From Candidatus Latescibacterota bacterium (GTDB taxonomy: Bacteria; Latescibacterota; UBA2968; GCA-2709665), in contig CBDCOX010000002.1 in NCBI GenBank assembly GCA_965219995.1, forward strand, positions 2,272,001-2,336,000: a stretch of 64,000 nt of DNA, in the 5' to 3' direction. Shown piece by piece: positions 58,766-64,000 of this stretch; positions within the stretch are counted from its first letter, which is position 1, and each line of letters opens with the position of its first letter. Position numbers and translations under genes: made by a program. The notes below the pieces were generated by a model. The model saw nothing but the letters and a program-made list of their open reading frames with translations, made no database searches and had not been told where the DNA came from.

Positions 58766-61700
58766 ATGGGTACACAGGATATCCGATGTTTACGACAGGC
58801 GCCTGATCGACGCCGGACGCAGGGTTTATCCGGCAGGGCCATCGGGATATGCCTGGTGCTGCTGTTATGGGCGCCGCTGCCGGCCGTCGCTCAGTCCGAC
58901 GCCAACCATCCCGAGTTGCGCTGGGAGGTCCTGGAGACCGCCCACTTCAAGATATACTACCATCAGGGCCTCGCCGACTTTGCCCGTCGCGCCGCGACGG
59001 CAGCCGAAGCCGTGTACGGCCCGGTCACGACGTTCTACGATTTCACTCCCGACGAAAAAATACGGCTGATCCTGAAAGACACCGACGACTATGCCAATGG
59101 CGTGGCCTTTTACTATCACAACACCATGGAGATCTGGGCGTCCAACCTGGAATTCGAACTGCGCGGGGACACCGACTGGCTGCAGAATGTGATCGCGCAC
59201 GAATTCACCCACATCATATCGCTGCAGACGGCCCGCAAGGGTCCACGACGCCTGCCCGCGATTTACTTCCACTATCTGGGCTACCAGAACGAAGAACGGC
59301 GGGACGATATTCTCACGGGTTATCCGGACGTCTTTGCATCTTACGCCGTTCCCCTGACCATCGTACCGCCGTGGTTCGCCGAAGGCACCGCCCAATATAT
59401 GGCGCCGGGCGTCCATTTCGACCGCTGGGACTCCCACCGCGACATGATCCTGCGGATGTCCACTTTGAACAACCGGCTGCTCACCTACGAGGAAATGGGC
59501 GTATTCGGTTCCAAGACCGGTCTGGGTCTGGAGAAGGTGTACGATCATGGGTACGACCTGACCCTGTTTATCGTCAACACGTTTGGCGAGGGCAAATTGC
59601 CGGAAATCTACCGTAATATGACCAGGCTGTGGCGAACCGACTTCGAATCCGCCGTCCGTGGCGCGACCGGCATCTCCGGTCGCGAACTCCACCGGCGCTG
59701 GGTGGCCGCCCTGAAAGAGCGGTACGAAGTCCAGAAAGCCGAACTCGAAGGACGCCTCGTCGACGGCGAAATCCTGCACGGCAAGGGGTACTTCAACCTC
59801 CATCCCCGCTGGTCGCGGGACGGTAAGCAACTGGCTCATCTCACCAACCAGGGCAGCGACTTCGGCCGTACCGCCCTGGTTGTGCATACCCTCTCCGACA
59901 GCACGTCCAAGACGCTCGCCGGCGGCGCAGACACGGCGCCGGACTGGTCGCCGAACGGCCCCCGCCTCATCTTCGCCCGCCGCAGCGCGCCCGACAGATA
60001 CGGCTCACGTTTCCGGGACCTGTATACCGTCGACCCGACCGCGCCACGGGCCGGCGGACTGTTTCAGAAGACGCGGGCGACACTTGGTCTGTCTCAGGAA
60101 CTGCCGCCCAACCAGAGTCGTTTGACGCACGGACTCCGTGCGAGTCATCCGGCGTATTCGCCGAATGGAAAACAGATCGCACTGGTGATTAACGGCCGCG
60201 GCTCCACCAACCTTGCCGTGATGGACGTGGACGGCGGAAACCTCCGCCGGCTCACGTCATTCGACGACGGCTCACAGGTATACACGCCCCGCTGGTCGCC
60301 CGATGGTTCGCAGATCGCCTGCTCGGTCTTCCGTCCGAACCAGACCCGGGACATCGCCATCGTCCCGGCGGACGGCGGGCCGTTCAATCCGGTCATCGTC
60401 TCCCCGGGCACGGACCGCGATCCTGCGTGGACTCCCGACGGGGCGGGCCTGGTATTCGCCTCGGACCAGGACGGCATCTTCAACCTGTACCATTTCGCCC
60501 TGATCGACGGGGCCGTGCACCGCGTCACCCGGGTACTGGGGGGCGCTCTTCAGCCGCACGTCAATCCCGGGGACCGTCGCATTGCCTTTTCCCACTACGG
60601 CGCTTCAGGGTACGAGATCCGGGTCATGTCCGGCAAGGGCGCCTGGGAACCGGTGCCGCCGGGCACCTTCGCGCCCGGCGGCCAATCTTCTCCCGGTGCA
60701 CCGCAGGCCCATCAAGTGGCTGGTGTGGAAGCCCGTACCTATGCCAACGAATTCTCCACAACGTCGATCTTTCCCCGAATTGCAGTAGACGCGGGAAAGT
60801 TCAAACTGGGCATCTTCGCCGGATCCAAAGACATTCTCAACAAACAGTCCCTGCTCGTCGGCGCCATGGCGGCCCGCGACCGGGACCTGGACCTCTTCGC
60901 GGTCTACGAATACCGTCGCTGGCGCCCCACCGTCTTTCTGGAAGCCTATCGGGCCGTCCGTCACGAAGAAGACGACGTACTCAACAGGGACGAAAATTTC
61001 CGCATCTTCAGTCAGACGTTCACGCTTTCGGGCGCGGAGTTCGGGGCATGGCACAGGTTGGGCACGGGTAGCCGGCTGGACGCACGATTCATCTACAATC
61101 TGTCGTCCACCGACCAGGACGTCGCCCGCTTCAACGGCATGGGCGAAGTAAGCGTGGGCGCCACCACCCACCACGGCTTCAATTTCTCGTTCACGTATTC
61201 CCTGAACAACATCCTCCGTACCAGAGACCGGGAGATCAATCCGCGCGCCGGCCGGGAGATGCGGTTCCGCTATGACCGTCAGTTCAATTACTTCATCAGC
61301 GGGTTCAAGGAAGACACGTCCCTTCTGATCGAGACGTTCGACCGCTACTTCTACAACCGGCTGACCCTGAGCTGGAGCGAATACCTGCCGGTGGGTCCCG
61401 GACGCGGCACCCTCGGGCTACGCTTTTACGGCGGGATGATCGACAGCGAAGTGGATGACTACTTCGACTATTTCCTCGGCGGCCTGCCGTATATGAAGGG
61501 ATATACGTTCTACAGCCTGGAAGGCCGCAGGGCCGCCATGGTTCGCGCCGCGTACCGCTTTCCAATCCGGACCGGGATGGATCGGCAGACCGGCCCCATC
61601 TACTCCGACCAGCTCTTTGGATCCGTCTATGCCGGTATCGGCCGCGCCTGGGACGGCGACGAAATGGACAACGTGCTCAACCGCGGCTGGAAGCGGGACG

Positions 61701-61885
61701 TCGGCGTCCAGATCCGGTACGACGCCACGTCCTTCTACACCTTTCCGACACGCGCCAGCCTGGATGTCGCCTACGGCATGGACACGTTACCGCGCGTGGT
61801 ACCCGGCGAAGAATTGGAAAAAAGCGGTTTCAAATTCTACTTCACCCTGCTTTTCGGATACCTGCAAAGCGTTGGAGGAAGATAG
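58766..61885 (+). CDS. Peptidase MA-like + PD40/TolB propeller + BamA-like barrel protein
   Basis: ETAHFKIYY, AHEFTH, WFAEG, P.WSPDG repeats, C-terminal barrel. Confidence 0.8.
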   Translation: MGTQDIRCLRQAPDRRRTQGLSGRAIGICLVLLLWAPLPAVAQSDANHPELRWEVLETAHFKIYYHQGLADFARRAATAAEAVYGPVTTFYDFTPDEKIRLILKDTDDYANGVAFYYHNTMEIWASNLEFELRGDTDWLQNVIAHEFTHIISLQTARKGPRRLPAIYFHYLGYQNEERRDDILTGYPDVFASYAVPLTIVPPWFAEGTAQYMAPGVHFDRWDSHRDMILRMSTLNNRLLTYEEMGVFGSKTGLGLEKVYDHGYDLTLFIVNTFGEGKLPEIYRNMTRLWRTDFESAVRGATGISGRELHRRWVAALKERYEVQKAELEGRLVDGEILHGKGYFNLHPRWSRDGKQLAHLTNQGSDFGRTALVVHTLSDSTSKTLAGGADTAPDWSPNGPRLIFARRSAPDRYGSRFRDLYTVDPTAPRAGGLFQKTRATLGLSQELPPNQSRLTHGLRASHPAYSPNGKQIALVINGRGSTNLAVMDVDGGNLRRLTSFDDGSQVYTPRWSPDGSQIACSVFRPNQTRDIAIVPADGGPFNPVIVSPGTDRDPAWTPDGAGLVFASDQDGIFNLYHFALIDGAVHRVTRVLGGALQPHVNPGDRRIAFSHYGASGYEIRVMSGKGAWEPVPPGTFAPGGQSSPGAPQAHQVAGVEARTYANEFSTTSIFPRIAVDAGKFKLGIFAGSKDILNKQSLLVGAMAARDRDLDLFAVYEYRRWRPTVFLEAYRAVRHEEDDVLNRDENFRIFSQTFTLSGAEFGAWHRLGTGSRLDARFIYNLSSTDQDVARFNGMGEVSVGATTHHGFNFSFTYSLNNILRTRDREINPRAGREMRFRYDRQFNYFISGFKEDTSLLIETFDRYFYNRLTLSWSEYLPVGPGRGTLGLRFYGGMIDSEVDDYFDYFLGGLPYMKGYTFYSLEGRRAAMVRAAYRFPIRTGMDRQTGPIYSDQLFGSVYAGIGRAWDGDEMDNVLNRGWKRDVGVQIRYDATSFYTFPTRASLDVAYGMDTLPRVVPGEELEKSGFKFYFTLLFGYLQSVGGR

Positions 61886-61889
61886 AGGA

Positions 61890-62222
61890 AAAGCGGGGAG
61901 ACGGTAGACGGGAGACGGTAGATGAAAGACCTTGTCGAATTATGCGGCACCTGGTCAAAAAGCGATAGAGCCAATACAAGATAATAAATCTCGCCGACCA
62001 AAACCCTGGATTGACAGAACACGTTGTGTTGTAACCAGTGCCGATATTTTTCGCCCTTTTCGTTACGACCAGGAAAACCAGCGGGCACTCACATCATCTC
62101 ACGTCTACCCTCTCCCGTCTCACCGGTTTTGTTGCCCCGTGCGGTTTCATTTCGTGCCGGAGGCAAGGGGAGGAACTAAACGGGCAAGGATGTCTTCTAC
62201 CGTCTCACGACTCACGTCTTGC
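61890..62222. repeat. Composite dispersed repeat (inverted copy of the ~85-bp unit at 62121-62205)
   Basis: Reverse complement matches the units at 10038 and 10122. Confidence 0.75.
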
Positions 62223-62262
62223 CACAGTTAGCTGATGGCTTTCTCTTTATCAGGAGTTTCTT

Positions 62263-62997
62263 GTGTACCGTGTCATCCCGATGCTGATCCTGTTGGCTGT
62301 TCTCCCGGCACATGCCGCGGAGCGTCTCGACAGCGGCCCCTCCCGCTCGAATCCGTGGCTTCTGAATGAAGGAGAACCCGTGCAGGCCGGCCGAAAATCG
62401 CCCAAACTGGCGTTCGCGATGTCTCTTGTGGTTCCCGGACTTGGCGAACTCTACGCGGGCGAGCCCAAAAGGGCGGCTGTTTTTTTCGGGATCGAGGCGC
62501 TTACCTGGTTCAACTATCTCCGCTGGCGAAGCCGGGGCAACGACCTCAAGGCGGAATTTCGCGCCTTTGCAGACAGCAACTGGGACGAGAACCGATATCG
62601 CGAGTGGCAGAAATACAACCAATCCAGGGGTTCGCCCTATATCGAAACCGAAACCCTGCCCTGCAAACGGGCGCAGGACGGTTGTCACAACGTGGACACC
62701 CAGCAATACTATGAGATGATCGGAAAGTACAACCAGTTTGTCTTCGGCTGGAGAGACGTGCGCGACGTGAGCTTCGAAACCGGAAACGGCGACGTTGTTT
62801 CCGGCCAGCGCATCGACTACGAGAACCGGCGAAACGACAGCAACAAGCTCCTCAAACGCGCCTCCGTCATCATCGGCCTGACGGTTGTCAACCGCATTGC
62901 AAGTTCCATCCATGCGGCATTGCGGACACGGTCCCTGCGATTCTCCGTATTGCCTGGACCGAAACGGTCCGAAGCGGCGATCCACCTCGCGTTCTGA
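62263..62997 (+). CDS. Hypothetical exported/membrane protein (DUF5683-like)
   Basis: KSPKLAFAMSLVVPGLGELYAG; QQYYEMIGKY. Confidence 0.7.
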   Translation: MYRVIPMLILLAVLPAHAAERLDSGPSRSNPWLLNEGEPVQAGRKSPKLAFAMSLVVPGLGELYAGEPKRAAVFFGIEALTWFNYLRWRSRGNDLKAEFRAFADSNWDENRYREWQKYNQSRGSPYIETETLPCKRAQDGCHNVDTQQYYEMIGKYNQFVFGWRDVRDVSFETGNGDVVSGQRIDYENRRNDSNKLLKRASVIIGLTVVNRIASSIHAALRTRSLRFSVLPGPKRSEAAIHLAF

Positions 62998-63011
62998 TCG
63001 TCTATCGACGA

Positions 63012-63680
63012 ATGATCCCGAAAAACAAACACATGGTACACCGATTCCCGAAATCCCCGGTCTTTCACGCGGTCCTGACCCTTCTTCTGATCGGCGCGCC
63101 TTCCGAGGGACATGCCAGGGGTAAGTCGCCGGCCCGAGCCGCCGTGCTGTCGCTCGTTCTGCCGGGTCTGGGCGAGATGTACGCCGGCGGCCCCCGTTCC
63201 GCGCGTTTCTTTCTGGTCACGGAAGGAATCTTCTGGACCGGCATGGCCACGTTCCGGTTCCTCGAAACGTACCGCATCGACGCGTATCGCGCCCATGCCG
63301 CCGCTCATGCCGGGATCCGTCTGCAGAATCTACCCGAGTCCGTCATCAAGGAGGTGGGTAATTTCGAGAGTATCTACGAGCGAAACCAGCGCGAACGCTT
63401 TCTCGCAGGCGAACATGCGAATCTGCGCGCCGAATCCGCCGGCCAGGTCTGGGAATGGGATTCCGAAGCCTCCCGCGTCAAATTTCAGGATCTGCGCAGC
63501 AAGGCCACTTCCGCTGAACAGAAGGCTTTCCTGTTTGTCGGCGGCCTTATTTTCAACCGCTTCGCGAGTGCATTGAACGCGGCTTATATCGCACGCAAGA
63601 CCCAACCACGCGGGGCCGGCATTCAGCTTCACACGGATCTCCGGGGCGGCCTGTACGCAAGTTTCGACCACGGTTTCTGA
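63012..63680 (+). CDS. Hypothetical protein, paralog of the upstream gene (DUF5683-like)
   Basis: KSPARAAVLSLVLPGLGEMYAG; NRFASALNA. Confidence 0.7.
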   Translation: MIPKNKHMVHRFPKSPVFHAVLTLLLIGAPSEGHARGKSPARAAVLSLVLPGLGEMYAGGPRSARFFLVTEGIFWTGMATFRFLETYRIDAYRAHAAAHAGIRLQNLPESVIKEVGNFESIYERNQRERFLAGEHANLRAESAGQVWEWDSEASRVKFQDLRSKATSAEQKAFLFVGGLIFNRFASALNAAYIARKTQPRGAGIQLHTDLRGGLYASFDHGF

Positions 63681-63738
63681 GCCCCGGATGCAGATACGCA
63701 CCGACGTATCACACCAACCGTGAAAGGGCGGAAACGCC

Positions 63739-64000
63739 GTGACTTCGACAATTTCCAATCCTGTGTCCCGGTCCGGGCGTTCTGCCTCCGCGGGGATCGC
63801 ACTCTGCCTGCTGATGTCGACCGTCGCGTTCGCCGGGGCCGAACCCCGTAGCGGCACGCATCTCCTGCCCGTCCATCCCCATCCCGGCCCCGCGGCAAAA
63901 AGAACGGCCGCCGAGACGTTTGACGTCGGCGACCCTCTGACCGTTCGTGCTTACAATTTCGGCGCGATTCCGGGTTCCGATCCCTATTATCTCACCACAA
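63739..64000 (+). CDS. 5' part of a secreted protein, truncated by the window
   Basis: Open frame from GTG with signal-like GIALCLLMSTVAFA. Confidence 0.5.
   Translation, partial: MTSTISNPVSRSGRSASAGIALCLLMSTVAFAGAEPRSGTHLLPVHPHPGPAAKRTAAETFDVGDPLTVRAYNFGAIPGSDPYYLTT

Overview
GC-rich bacterial chromosome segment. PorV, a T9SS-type C-terminal domain protein and futalosine-type prenyltransferases suggest an FCB-group organism such as Latescibacterota; this is an inference. Both flanks (about 1-14 kb and 44.8-64 kb) carry housekeeping and envelope genes. The centre (about 14.5-44.2 kb) is an accessory/defence region. It holds several intact and decayed toxin-antitoxin modules and a complete minus-strand type I-B (Myxococcus/MYXAN-like) CRISPR-Cas locus: WYL, cargo genes, cas6-cas3-cas8(+internal cas11)-cas7-cas5-cas4/1-cas2, then a leader and a 27-repeat array. 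Directly behind the array trailer runs a co-oriented set of putative defence genes: HEPN-like, small HTH, Nmad3-like, DUF262/HNH GmrSD-like, UDG-superfamily and EEP nuclease, ending at a solitary CRISPR repeat of a foreign family. Signals the ORF track misses include a UGA-recoded CxxU selenoprotein with a SECIS-like hairpin, a TGTCGCA-Nn-TGCGACA palindrome recurring at the WYL, cas6, cargo and a distant promoter, an ATT-initiated lipoprotein, and a dispersed structured ~85-bp repeat family. All family assignments come from motif recognition by eye; no database search was run.
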